Position numbers and translations under genes: made by a program
Source of the DNA: Eledone cirrhosa
Lineage: Eukaryota
Direction of reading: 5' to 3'
DNA: 64,000 bases
NCBI GenBank assembly: GCA_964016885.1
Contig: OZ024740.1
Coordinates: 5,332,001-5,396,000 of the forward strand
The notes under the pieces: generated by a model
Seen by the model: only the letters and a program-made list of their open reading frames with translations
Database searches by the model: none
Told to the model about the DNA's origin: nothing
Shown here: positions 49,785 to 64,000 of the stretch, one piece after another
Layout: every line of letters starts with the position of its first letter
Position numbering within the stretch: the stretch's first letter is position 1

Positions 49785-51324
49785 GGCAACCTATTACAGG
49801 AATACAAAACATTGACAGGAGCAAGACTAACCCCAAACAAGTCTGTCGATTTGCAACTCGGCACATGGAGAGGCAAACCCATGCCTTCCGACAGTGTCGT
49901 TGGACGCTGGACGGAAGGACCAGTGAAATTGTTCGGGGTCTGGTTTGGTCCAGACCTTCAGGTGGACAAGAACTGGAATGAGGTCACGGCGAAGGTGTTT
50001 GCACTCACCCAGAAGTGGGCTGAGTGCAAACTCTCCTTGAAAGGTCTAGCGGAGGTGGCGAACACTTACATAGCGTCCATCATCTACTACCGCTTGACAG
50101 TCGTGCCTTGTCCCCGCGAATACGTCACCAAAATGGAATGCCTACTCTTCAAGTTCCTCTGGAAGAAACAGGCTCCATTGGTGAGGAGATCCATCTGCTG
50201 TCAACACCCTTCTAACGGAGGGCTGGGCATGCCATGGCTGATGATGTGCAAACATGCACTGAGGCTACGCCATCTCCAGGTATTCCTGACTGGTGAACCG
50301 GTGTGGCTGTCGTTTGTGAGATGAGCTCTTCCACAACTCGTCTCACTAACAGAGCTCCAGTCCTGGGTCAAGCGAAGACCAAAAATGGGTGCCTGGCACC
50401 TCGAGTGTCTACAGGCGCTCACAGCCCTCTACCAAGTGGAAAAGTGGAAACGGCAATCAGCGGAGACTCCACTTCGACATTCTATAGGGGACTAGTGGAG
50501 GATAAGGGCGACGACGTTCTCGGGGAAACTCTAGGCATCGAAGAAGACAAACTGACCAGTGTGTTCGGGAGGACTTTCCCTCCAGGGCCTATGGATAACT
50601 TCCAAAGTTCTCTGGCCTGGCATTGCTACCGAGGAGCTCTACCAGTTTGAGACAAAATCTACAGGCACGGATGCCCTGGCAGAGATCCTGTCCTGCCAAA
50701 AGGACCTGTCCAAGATGCGAGCAGGACATCGAAACCGTTCTGCACGCAATTGTTCAGTGCCCAGGGGTGACTGATCTGTGGAATTATGTCGAACAGTTAC
50801 TGTCACGTGTGAAACACATCCAGTTTTCAGCCAAGTCCATCGTGAGGATCAACCCGCCGCCTTCATTTAAGAATGAAGGAGACGCGGTTTCCTCTGTCTG
50901 GTGGCTATGGTGAAAGAGGTAATATGGTGGATGAGGTTAAAAGGACTGAGGGCAAATACCTTTCTCTCTGGATAACAACTCATCCCTTTCTTTAAGTACC
51001 ACTTCAGAAGGAAGGTGAGAGTGGAGAGAGAGGTGCTACACCCCAGTAAATTTGCTGAAAGATGGGTGAATGTGGCGAAAATGGCCCAAGTGAATGGGCC
51101 TTCTCAGTATATAAACCTGCAGGTTGAGGAAGATAAACAGAGGGAAGACGGGAACACCTACAAAACGTGTTCCTGGTGTTGAGGGTTGTTCTAACCATGG
51201 AGTGTAAAACAATTTTTATATAGTTTATTGTTATTTATCATTGTTAAAGATTTTATGTAAAACCCACGCCGTCACATCTTGTATTTGTCCCATTTTTGTG
51301 CGCCCCTGTGACAAATAAAGAAAG
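49785..51324 (+). mobile_element. 5'-truncated Tx1/L1-clade LINE in a (TATC)n site
   Basis: TGARLTPNKS..VKLFGVWF..LSLKG..GGLGMP, then CCHC knuckle CPRC..ETVLHAIVQC; frameshifted; 3' aataaagaaaga followed by (TATC)n. Confidence 0.85.
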
Positions 51325-51360
51325 ATATCTATCTATCTATCTATTTATATATATATATAA

Positions 51361-51490
51361 GGTAAACAGAAATAACAACACAATCGGTACAGTATATGGA
51401 AGGGATATATTAGGTTAACGCTTGATATAGCAAGAAGAGGGTCTTAACGTTTCGGACGCTAGTCCTTCATCAGAAGAAAGAATGAGAACT
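51361..51490 (-). mobile_element. Penelope-like pLTR fragment with intact-looking minimal hammerhead (51441-51478)
   Basis: Minus strand reads tctt-ctgatga-a-ggac-tagc-gtcc-gaaacgtta-aga, with palindromic AACGTT stem III. Confidence 0.7.
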
Positions 51491-51752
51491 TGGTTTTGGT
51501 TCTTTACATCCTTTTGGGTTTGATAAAACAATAAAGTGCCAGCCAAGTAACAGGGATTGATTTAATCTACTTTGCCCTCAAATTCCCTAAATTTACTGAC
51601 CTTGTGCCAACATTAGAAATCAATATATTTTGTAAACCAATTATTTTTGTGCTGAAATTTACATTAATTTATATTTTAGTCTGTTAAGTCTTTCAATTGT
51701 TTTTCTCTGTGTTTTTCTTTTTTATTTTTTTCTTTCCCTGTATTTAATTCAG

Positions 51753-51911
51753 GAAAAAGATGAAAGAATCATGAGTTTGGAAACAGAGAATGCCATGTTG
51801 CACCTTAGGACTGCAAAACTAATGCGCAGTCAGCAGGCAGCAGCTGAAGTATCCATGGCAACCCGTATACATTATCAAAAACAACTTGTTAGAGCCAAGG
51901 AAGCGATACAC
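51753..51911 (+). CDS. KIF25: Internal coding exon, coiled coil, KIF25-like (EKDERIMSLETENAMLHLRTAKLMRSQQAAAEVSMATRIHYQKQLVRAKEAIH)
   Basis: Long polypyrimidine tract + ttcag acceptor, 159-nt open frame (phase 0/0), donor CAC|gtaggt. K.ERI..LETENA.LHL resembles the KIF25 N-terminus (from memory, not searched). Confidence 0.68.
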
Positions 51912-52286
51912 GTAGGTCTTTGAATATTCAACACTTCAACACACTGCCTTACACATGACTGCGTGTGGTGGTGCGGGTGTGGGTGTGTGTGGGTGTGTGG
52001 GGGTTTATGCACGTGTGTGTGGGTGGGTGGGTGCATGTGTGTGTGGGTGGAAGGCGGGGGTGTGTGTGTTATTGAGTGTGTCCGTGTGTCCATGTTTGCA
52101 AACAGAAAGTAAGAGAGAGAGAGAGAGGAACAAAACAGAAAGAACAAATTAAACATACACACACAGACACACACACATATATATATATACACACACATAT
52201 ACTCACAAACAGATTCATCAAAATACAGATATAGGTGCATACACACATATACATAACTACTCACACACATACACATATATACACTA

Positions 52287-52342
<56 letters not shown>

Positions 52343-52404
52343 ATATATATATATACTTGCATCATTATATGCACAACTATTGAATGACACACACACACAC
52401 GGAC

Positions 52405-54128
52405 ACACCTGTAGTGTGACACACAGACACAACTGCAGTGTAACACACAAACACAACTGTAGTGTGACACACAGACACACCTGTAGTGTGACACACAGAC
52501 ACAACTGTAGTGTGACACACAGACACAACTGCAGTGTGACACACAGACACACCTGTAGTGTGACACACAGACACACCTGCAGTGTGACACACAGACACAC
52601 CTGCAGTGTGACACACGGACACACCTGTAGTGTGACACACAGACACAACTGCAGTGTAACACACATACACAACTGTAGTGTGACACACAGACACACCTGT
52701 AGTGTGACACACAGACACACCTGCAGTGTGACACACAGACACACCTGCAGTGGGACACACACGGACACACCTGTAGTGTAACACACATATACACCTACAG
52801 ACACATATACACATATACACACAGACACACCTGTAGTGTTACACACAGACACAACTGCAGTGTGACACACAGACACACCTGCAGTGTGACACACAGACAT
52901 ACCTGCAGTGTGACACACAGACACACCTGTAGTGTGACACACAGACACACCTGTAGTGTGACACACAGACACACCTGCAGTGTGACACACAGACATACCT
53001 GCAGTGTGACACACAGACACACCTGTAGTGTGACACACAGACACACCTGTAGTGTGACACACAGACACACCTGCAGTGTGACACACAGACACACCTGCAG
53101 TGTGACACACAGACACACCTGTAGTGTGACACACAGACACACCTGCAGTGTGACACATAGAAACAACTTCAGTGTGACACACAGACACACCTGCAGTGTG
53201 ACACACAGACACACTTGCAGTGTGACACAGAAACAACTGCAGTGTGACACACAGACACAACTGCAGTGTGACACACACAAACAACTGTAGTGTGACACAC
53301 AGACACACCTGCAGTGTGACACACAGACATACCTGCAGTGTGACAGACAGACACACCTGCAGTGTGACACATAGACACACCTGCAGTGTGACACACAGAA
53401 ACAACTGTAATGTGACACACAGACACACCTGCAGTGTGACACACAGAAACAACTGCAATGTGACACACAGACACACCTGCAGTGTGACACACAGACACAA
53501 CTTTAGTGTGACACCCAGATACAACTGCAGTGTGACACACAGACACACTTGCAGTGTGATACACAGACACAGCTGCAGTGTGACACACAGACACAACTGC
53601 AGTGTGACACACAGACACAACTGCAGTGTGACACACAGAAACAACTGCAGTGTGACACACAGACATACCTGTAGTCTGAGACACACAGACACACCTGCAG
53701 TGTGACACACAGAAACAACTTCAGTGTGACACACAGACACACCTGCAGTGTGACACACAGACACACTTGCAGTGGGACACAGAAACAACTGCAGTGTGAC
53801 ACACAGACACAACTGCAGTGTGACACACACAAACAACTGTAGTGTGACACACAGACACACCTGCAGTGTGACACATAGAAACAACTGCAGTGTGACACAC
53901 AGACACAAATGTAGTGTGACACACAGACACAACTGCAGTGTGACACACAGACATACCTGCAGTGTGACATACAGACACACCTGTAGTCTGAGACACAGAC
54001 ACACCTGTAGTGTGACACACAGACACACCTGTAGTCTGAGACACAGACACACATGTAGTGTGACACACAGACACACATGTAGTGTGACACACAGACACAC
54101 TTGTAGTGTGACACACAGACACACACCT
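52405..54128. repeat. 24-bp minisatellite (cacacagacacacctgcagtgtga), ~70 copies
   Basis: Direct periodicity; THRHTCSV ORFs. Confidence 0.95.
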
Positions 54129-54233
54129 GAATTCAGATTGTAAAACCCAGCTATGTTGATGTCTTTAAATAAATCATGTGATATGGAACAATCAGGCCTG
54201 CATCTGCTCTGTAAACAACATAGCAGAGGACTA

Positions 54234-55730
54234 CACACATACATACACATAAACACATACATACACACACTCACACACATATACATACACTCACACACAT
54301 ACATACACATAAACACATACATACACACACTCACACACATATACATACACTCACACACATACATACACATAAACACATACATACACAGACTCACACACAT
54401 ATATACATACACTCACACACATACATACACATAAACACATACATACACACACTCACACATACACACACATACACACACATTCACCCATGCACATGCACAT
54501 GCACATACCCACACTCACATACATATACATACACACATACACACATACATACACACACATACATACACACACATACATACACACACATACATACATACAC
54601 ACACACATACATAGACACACACACATACATACATACACACACATACATGCATACATACATGCACTCACACACACAGATACATACACACATATACATTTAC
54701 ACACTTGCACACACACTCACACACACACATACACACATGCATACAGATACACACACACAGTCACATACACACAAAACCAGTGTACAAATGAAATAATATC
54801 TATACAGTTTATCATCACTCTAAGAATCACCACCACCACTACCACCACTACTACCACCACCACCACTACCACCACTACTACCACCACCACCACTACCAAC
54901 ACTACCACCACCACCACCACCACCACTACCACCGACACCACCATCACTACTACTGCCACCACTACCACCACCAACACCACCACCACCACCACCACTACCA
55001 CCACCACTACCACCACCACTACCACCACCGACACCACCATCAGTACTACCGCCACCACTACCACCACCACTACCACCATTACCACCACCACCACCACCAC
55101 TACCACCACTACCACCACCACCACAACTACCACCACCACCACCACTACCACCACCACTATCACCACCACCACCACTACCACCACCACCACCACCACCACT
55201 ACCAACACTACCACCACCACCACCACTACCAACACTACCACCACCACCACCGCCACCACTACCACCACCACTATCACCACCACCACTACCACCACCACCA
55301 CCAACACTACCACCACTACCACCACCACCACCACTACCACCACTACCACTACTACCAATACTACCACCACCACCACCGCCACTACCACCACCACTACCAC
55401 CACCACTACCACCACTACCAACACTACCACCACCATCACTACCACCACCACTACCATCACCACCACTACCACCACTGCCAACACCACCACTACCACCACC
55501 ACTACCACCATTACCACTACCACCACCACCACCATCACCACCACCACCACCACCCCCACCCCACCCCCACTACCATCATCATCATCACAACCATAATCAT
55601 TACCATCATCATCATCATCACCCCCACCATCACTATCATCATCACCTCCACCAACACCTCTATCATTATCATCATCATCACCATCACTATCATTGTCACC
55701 ACCTCCATCACCATCATTATCATTATGATC
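54234..55730. repeat. (CA)n followed by (CAC/TAC)n and (CAT)n tracts
   Basis: Direct reading. Confidence 0.92.
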
Positions 55731-56397
55731 ATTGTATACCTGTAATTAAACAGTTAATGCTGCATGAATGACCTACATGAAAGCTCACAGACATGGTTCT
55801 AATCCGATTTAAGAAACCTTAACAAATGTCGTACTATAGGAATATATATCACCATCATTGTTTTACGTCCATTTTTCATATATATATATATCACATAAGA
55901 AACGGAGAATCAGTGGTGCGACAAATAAGATTTATTAGACACTAGCAGAATGGCCCGGCGTTGCTCGGTGAGAATTATAGAGAGAGATCGCTAAATTGCC
56001 TAATGCGGTCCGTCACAGGACCATAAGTATTACATGTGTAAAGTTTGAAAACAATCGGTTGGGTGGTTCTTGAGCTTTCGTTGCTCGGGATTTGCTCTAG
56101 GGTTCTTATATATTTGATATATATTTATCTTTCTCGAGCCTCGTGAAGTAACTACGTTTGTTTATATTTTGTTATTGTGTATGCAAAAATATCTGTACAC
56201 GAATATATAAATAACAGTACAGAGAAGTATGGATTACCTCGGCCTCGGGTTGGTGTCTACATTTTGTGCTTATAAAAAAAGGTTGTCGTACATTACCAGG
56301 GTTTTTTTCCGTTCGAAGAAAATCAATACTTTATCGCGAAATAAATACTTTTGTTTATATGTGTATGCAAAAATATCTGTACACGAATATATAATTA

Positions 56398-56566
<169 letters not shown>

Positions 56567-56576
56567 ATATATATAT

Positions 56577-59500
56577 GAATATAGACATAGAATATTCGAA
56601 AATATTCTGTATGTTTATAATAAACATTTTGAAGACCTAATCGCTATAGAATAGAATACGTCACGTATTACAATTAGATTCTCGATAAAAGCAAGGGAAG
56701 TAATCTACGCGTTTCATTCTCGTTAGAAATCATCAGGACTACATATCCAGTGCTTTTATCGAGAATGACACAGCTAGAGACTTATAGAATACTTAGCTGT
56801 GTACAGGAACTGGTTTGAAAGAGCGGTTGCCGGTCCGGCAGAAATTAGAAATTGGAATAAATGCTCTGAAATAGCGATATATATGTGAATATAGACATAG
56901 AATATTCGAAAATATTCTGTATGTTTATAATAAACATTTTGAAGACCTAATCGCTATAGAATAGAATACGTCACGTATTACAATTAGATTCTCGATAAAA
57001 GCAAGGGAAGTAATCTACGCGTTTCATTCTCGTTAGAAATCATCAGGACTACATATCCAGTGCTTTTATCGAGAATGACACAGCTAGAGACTTATAGAAT
57101 ACTTAGCTGTGTACAGGAACTGGTTTGAAAGAGCGGTTGCCGGTCCGGCAGAAATTAGAAATTGGAATAAATGCTCTGAAATAGCGATATATATGTGAAT
57201 ATAGACATAGAATATTCGAAAATATTCTGTATGTTTATAATAAACATTTTGAAGACCTAATCGCTATAGAATAGAATACGTCACGTATTACAATTAGATT
57301 CTCGATAAAAGCAAGGGAAGTAATCTACGCGTTTCATTCTCGTTAGAAATCATCAGGACTACATATCCAGTGCTTTTATCGAGAATGACACAGCTAGAGA
57401 CTTATAGAATACTTAGCTGTGTACAGGAACTGGTTTGAAAGAGCGGTTGCCGGTCCGGCAGAAATTAGAAATTGGAATAAATGCTCTGAAATAGCGATAT
57501 ATATGTGAATATAGACATAGAATATTCGAAAATATTCTGTATGTTTATAATAAACATTTTGAAGACCTAATCGCTATAGAATAGAATACGTCACGTATTA
57601 CAATTAGATTCTCGATAAAAGCAAGGGAAGTAATCTACGCGTTTCATTCTCGTTAGAAATCATCAGGACTACATATCCAGTGCTTTTATCGAGAATGACA
57701 CAGCTAGAGACTTATAGAATACTTAGCTGTGTACAGGAACTGGTTTGAAAGAGCGGTTGCCGGTCCGGCAGAAATTAGAAATTGGAATAAATGCTCTGAA
57801 ATAGCGATATATATGTGAATATAGACATAGAATATTCGAAAATATTCTGTATGTTTATAATAAACATTTTGAAGACCTAATCGCTATAGAATAGAATACG
57901 TCACGTATTACAATTAGATTCTCGATAAAAGCAAGGGAAGTAATCTACGCGTTTCATTCTCGTTAGAAATCATCAGGACTACATATCCAGTGCTTTTATC
58001 GAGAATGACACAGCTAGAGACTTATAGAATACTTAGCTGTGTACAGGAACTGGTTTGAAAGAGCGGTTGCCGGTCCGGCAGAAATTAGAAATTGGAATAA
58101 ATGCTCTGAAATAGCGATATATATGTGAATATAGACATAGAATATTCGAAAATATTCTGTATGTTTATAATAAACATTTTGAAGACCTAATCGCTATAGA
58201 ATAGAATACGTCACGTATTACAATTAGATTCTCGATAAAAGCAAGGGAAGTAATCTACGCGTTTCATTCTCGTTAGAAATCATCAGGACTACATATCCAG
58301 TGCTTTTATCGAGAATGACACAGCTAGAGACTTATAGAATACTTAGCTGTGTACAGGAACTGGTTTGAAAGAGCGGTTGCCGGTCCGGCAGAAATTAGAA
58401 ATTGGAATAAATGCTCTGAAATAGCGATATATATGTGAATATAGACATATAGACACTGGATATGTAGTCCTGATGATTTCTAACGAGAATGAAACGCGTA
58501 GATTACTTCCCTTGCTTTTATCGAGAATCTAATTGTAATACGTGACGTATTCTATTCTATAGCGATTAGGTCTTCAAAATGTTTATTATAAACATACAGA
58601 ATATTTTCGAATATTCTATGTCTATATTCACATATATATCGCTATTTCAGAGCATTTATTCCAATTTCTAATTTCTGCCGGACCGGCAACCGCTCTTTCA
58701 AACCAGTTCCTGTACACAGCTAAGTATTCTATAAGTCTCTAGCTGTGTCATTCTCGATAAAAGCACTGGATATGTAGTCCTGATGATTTCTAACGAGAAT
58801 GAAACGCGTAGATTACTTCCCTTGCTTTTATCGAGAATCTAATTGTAATACGTGACGTATTCTATTCTATAGCGATTAGGTCTTCAAAATGTTTATTATA
58901 AACATACAGAATATTTTCGAATATTCTATGTCTATATTCACATATATATCGCTATTTCAGAGCATTTATTCCAATTTCTAATTTCTGCCGGACCGGCAAC
59001 CGCTCTTTCAAACCAGTTCCTGTACACAGCTAAGTATTCTATAAGTCTCTAGCTGTGTCATTCTCGATAAAAGCACTGGATATGTAGTCCTGATGATTTC
59101 TAACGAGAATGAAACGCGTAGATTACTTCCCTTGCTTTTATCGAGAATCTAATTGTAATACGTGACGTATTCTATTCTATAGCGATTAGGTCTTCAAAAT
59201 GTTTATTATAAACATACAGAATATTTTCGAATATTCTATGTCTATATTCACATATATATCGCTATTTCAGAGCATTTATTCCAATTTCTAATTTCTGCCG
59301 GACCGGCAACCGCTCTTTCAAACCAGTTCCTGTACACAGCTAAGTATTCTATAAGTCTCTAGCTGTGTCATTCTCGATAAAAGCACTGGATATGTAGTCC
59401 TGATGATTTCTAACGAGAATGAAACGCGTAGATTACTTCCCTTGCTTTTATCGAGAATCTAATTGTAATACGTGACGTATTCTATTCTATAGCGATTAGG

Positions 59501-60835
59501 TCTTCAAAATGTTTATTATAAACATACAGAATATTTTCGAATATTCTATGTCTATATTCACATATATATCGCTATTTCAGAGCATTTATTCCAATTTCTA
59601 ATTTCTGCCGGACCGGCAACCGCTCTTTCAAACCAGTTCCTGTACACAGCTAAGTATTCTATAAGTCTCTAGCTGTGTCATTCTCGATAAAAGCACTGGA
59701 TATGTAGTCCTGATGATTTCTAACGAGAATGAAACGCGTAGATTACTTCCCTTGCTTTTATCGAGAATCTAATTGTAATACGTGACGTATTCTATTCTAT
59801 AGCGATTAGGTCTTCAAAATGTTTATTATAAACATACAGAATATTTTCGAATATTCTATGTCTATATTCACATATATATCGCTATTTCAGAGCATTTATT
59901 CCAATTTCTAATTTCTGCCGGACCGGCAACCGCTCTTTCAAACCAGTTCCTGTACACAGCTAAGTATTCTATAAGTCTCTAGCTGTGTCATTCTCGATAA
60001 AAGCACTGGATATGTAGTCCTGATGATTTCTAACGAGAATGAAACGCGTAGATTACTTCCCTTGCTTTTATCGAGAATCTAATTGTAATACGTGACGTAT
60101 TCTATTCTATAGCGATTAGGTCTTCAAAATGTTTATTATAAACATACAGAATATTTTCGAATATTCTATGTCTATATTCACATATATATCGCTATTTCAG
60201 AGCATTTATTCCAATTTCTAATTTCTGCCGGACCGGCAACCGCTCTTTCAAACCAGTTCCTGTACACAGCTAAGTATTCTATAAGTCTCTAGCTGTGTCA
60301 TTCTCGATAAAAGCACTGGATATGTAGTCCTGATGATTTCTAACGAGAATGAAACGCGTAGATTACTTCCCTTGCTTTTATCTAGAATCTAATTGTAATA
60401 CGTGACGTATTCTATTCTATAGCGATTAGGTCTTCAAAATGTTTATTATAAACATACAGAATATTTTCGAATATTCTATGTCTATATTCACATATATATC
60501 GCTATTTCAGAGCATTTATTCCAATTTCTAATTTCTGCCGGACCGGCAACCGCTCTTTCAAACCAGTTCCTGTACACAGCTAAGTATTCTATAAGTCTCT
60601 AGCTGTGTCATTCTCGATAAAAGCACTGGATATGTAGTCCTGATGATTTCTAACGAGAATGAAACGCGTAGATTACTTCCCTTGCTTTTATCGAGAATCT
60701 AATTGTAATACGTGACGTATTCTATTCTATAGCGATTAGGTCTTCAAAATGTTTATTATAAACATACAGAATATTTTCGAATATTCTATGTCTATATTCA
60801 CATATATATCGCTATTTCAGAGCATTTATTCCAAT
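56577..60835. repeat. 310-bp tandem array: 6 forward units (56577-58449), then ~7.7 inverted units (58454-60835)
   Basis: gaatatagac at 56577/56887/57197/57507/57817/58127/58437; cactggatatg at 58454/58764/.../60624. Units look essentially identical. Confidence 0.96.
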
Positions 60836-61425
<590 letters not shown>

Positions 61426-61511
61426 GTTATTCCAAATTGAAGGATAAGTGTTTCAAACTATATTTTATCATGAGTTAAAGGTCTATACATCTGTACACGA
61501 ATATATAATTA

Positions 61512-61565
<54 letters not shown>

Positions 61566-61648
61566 GGAGGTGAGTTTTATTGTAGTACAATAAAGCAATG
61601 CAGATATCGGATAAGAAGTACTCTACAGTTTGTGGGACTGGAGTATGC

Positions 61649-62145
<497 letters not shown>

Positions 62146-62388
62146 GTTATTCCAAATTGAAGGATAAGTGTTTCAAACTTTATTTTATCATGAGTTAAAG
62201 GTCTATAGATTTTTCCCTGGATTTTACTAAATTCTGTGGATGAATTTATATCCTGATTCTCTTTTGAGATGAGTTTGAGTTATTTTTCCTAAATCTTTCG
62301 TTAACTACTTTTCCCATCTTGACGTTATAGTCGCATATATGTTATAGAATGCCGTTAGCTTCTTGCTAAAACAATCTCTATACCTCTC

Positions 62389-62447
<59 letters not shown>

Positions 62448-63212
62448 TAACAGATTAAAGTTTAAGCAAAGAATCGCTTTGCTTCCACCCTTAACGGGAT
62501 CTTCTGAAACTAAAATAATAAATCTGTGAATGCAAAGTAAATATTTCGAAAAACGTTACACACTATATATATATATACACACACTATATATACATATACA
62601 CACACACCGCATCATAATGACATAATGCAGACAGCCAGGCATACAGAGAGATATTATAAGGGCGCAACGTAGTATCTATGTATCTATCTAAAAAGAGAAA
62701 GACTAAGAGAGAGAGAAAGAGATCGCTAAATCGCCTAATGCGGTCCCTAGGGCATTGAAAATTTGAAATTCTTTTTGCTCAGAACACTCAATAGGACCAT
62801 AAGTATTACATGTGTAAAGTGTGAAAACAATCGGTTGAGTGGTTCTCGAACTTTAGTGGTTGTACAGACAGACATTCTCTGTTTTAGTAATATAGATATT
62901 ACAATTGTTTCTCTGGCGAGCAGCTCAAGGCACGATCGAAGCAGTGATCAAACCTGATTTTCCAAATTTGGAAAATCCTGCTTCGTAGAATCGAGAGATA
63001 TCCGAGGATCTTGCGATTTCAGAGTCAGGTTTGATCACTGCATCGATCGTGCTTCGAGCTGGTCGCCAGAGAAACGATTGAAATATGTCTAATAAATCTT
63101 ATTCGTCGCACCACTGATTCTCCGTTTCTTATGTGATATTATACTTTGCTCTGTAAGAGCATCGAGTGCTCAAACGGCATACCGCATACGGACGCTTTAA
63201 GCATCCCACACC

Positions 63213-63250
<38 letters not shown>

Positions 63251-63602
63251 TTGCGTGTGTCGAAACAAATATTGTCATACTTGGGGAGGGTCATATTTGT
63301 GTAATATTGCCAGAAATAATAACAGAACACACTCACCGTTTGGTTGGTTTTCGCTTTTCGCTTCTGTGTCTTTTATATCGGTAACTTAATTTATTTGGTC
63401 CTCAATGTTGCCATTGACTGACCAACGGTCAAAAATAATACAGATACAATATAGACACAAACACATATATATAGTTTATCAAAGTTCTTTCGTTGCACAT
63501 CTGCAACAGCGTCAGTGGTGCTATTGTTTCCTCCTGTTGCATTGTATTTTCTACGCCATCTTTATTTAGACTAAATAAAGATATATATATATATATATAG
63601 AT

Positions 63603-63760
63603 ACTGTAAACGTGGTTGGTGTTAGGAAGGGCATCCAGCCGTAGAAAAGCTGCCAGTCCTATACGAGCAAGACAACCAATCTTGCCTCAAGTGGGAAAAT
63701 TCCCGTCCAAACCCATGCAAGCGTGGAAGATGGACGTTAAACGATGATGATGATGATGAT
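63603..63760 (+). mobile_element. RTE 3'UTR fragment (subfamily A)
   Basis: gttggtgttaggaagggcatccag ... (GAT)n. Confidence 0.85.
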
Positions 63761-63906
63761 AGATAGATCCGACGAGCTTTTGACTCCAGAGTCGGGCCAG
63801 ATTGATACAGATCGAATCATGAGCTGATCAATAGCGAAATGCGTGTCATGAATCAATAAACATAATGAAGGCTTAACAAATCGTCCTTGTATTATTCTCT
63901 ATATAT

Positions 63907-64000
63907 ATCATCATCATGGTTGTCCTGTTGTGGGCAGTGTCCGGTCGGCTGACCTTGTCTTGCTCATACGGGAACTGATTCTGGCTTCATTTCTACAGCT
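63907..64000 (-). mobile_element. RTE 3'UTR fragment (subfamily B), continues beyond the window
   Basis: (CAT)n then gttgtcctgttgtgggcagtgtcc..ggaactgattctggc. Confidence 0.8.

Noticed and set aside
51875-55596. 845-aa and 369-aa ORFs
   Set aside because: Translations of the 24-bp minisatellite, (CA)n and (CAC)n.

Overview
Repeat-saturated, AT-rich animal genomic DNA. The RTE LINEs with (GAT)n tails and the OK-like and MetaSINE-like tRNA SINEs suggest an octopod cephalopod (recalled family resemblance, not searched). The only convincing host coding sequence is two small + strand exons (11432-11497 and 51753-51911). They splice in phase 0 across a ~40-kb intron into a coiled-coil N-terminus resembling kinesin-14 KIF25, so most of the window is probably intronic. 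The rest is decayed or truncated transposons (two RTE subfamilies, Tx1/L1, CR1, Penelope-like elements with hammerhead ribozyme motifs, Tigger, piggyBac-type MITEs, Helitrons), satellites (29, 56, 37, 48, 24 and 310 bp units) and microsatellites. The most unusual structure is a ~7-kb non-autonomous Helitron inserted cleanly at A|T inside a foldback MITE. It carries a near-identical 310-bp tandem array that reverses orientation in the middle, plus a perfect 170-bp-arm hairpin. Also notable are an 843-bp-arm palindrome best explained by template switching between inverted RTE copies, a Tx1-like LINE found only in (TATC)n, and several independent fold-back duplications. Nearly all long ORFs in the track are microsatellite artefacts or TE remnants. 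No CRISPR, rRNA or true tRNA gene is supported.
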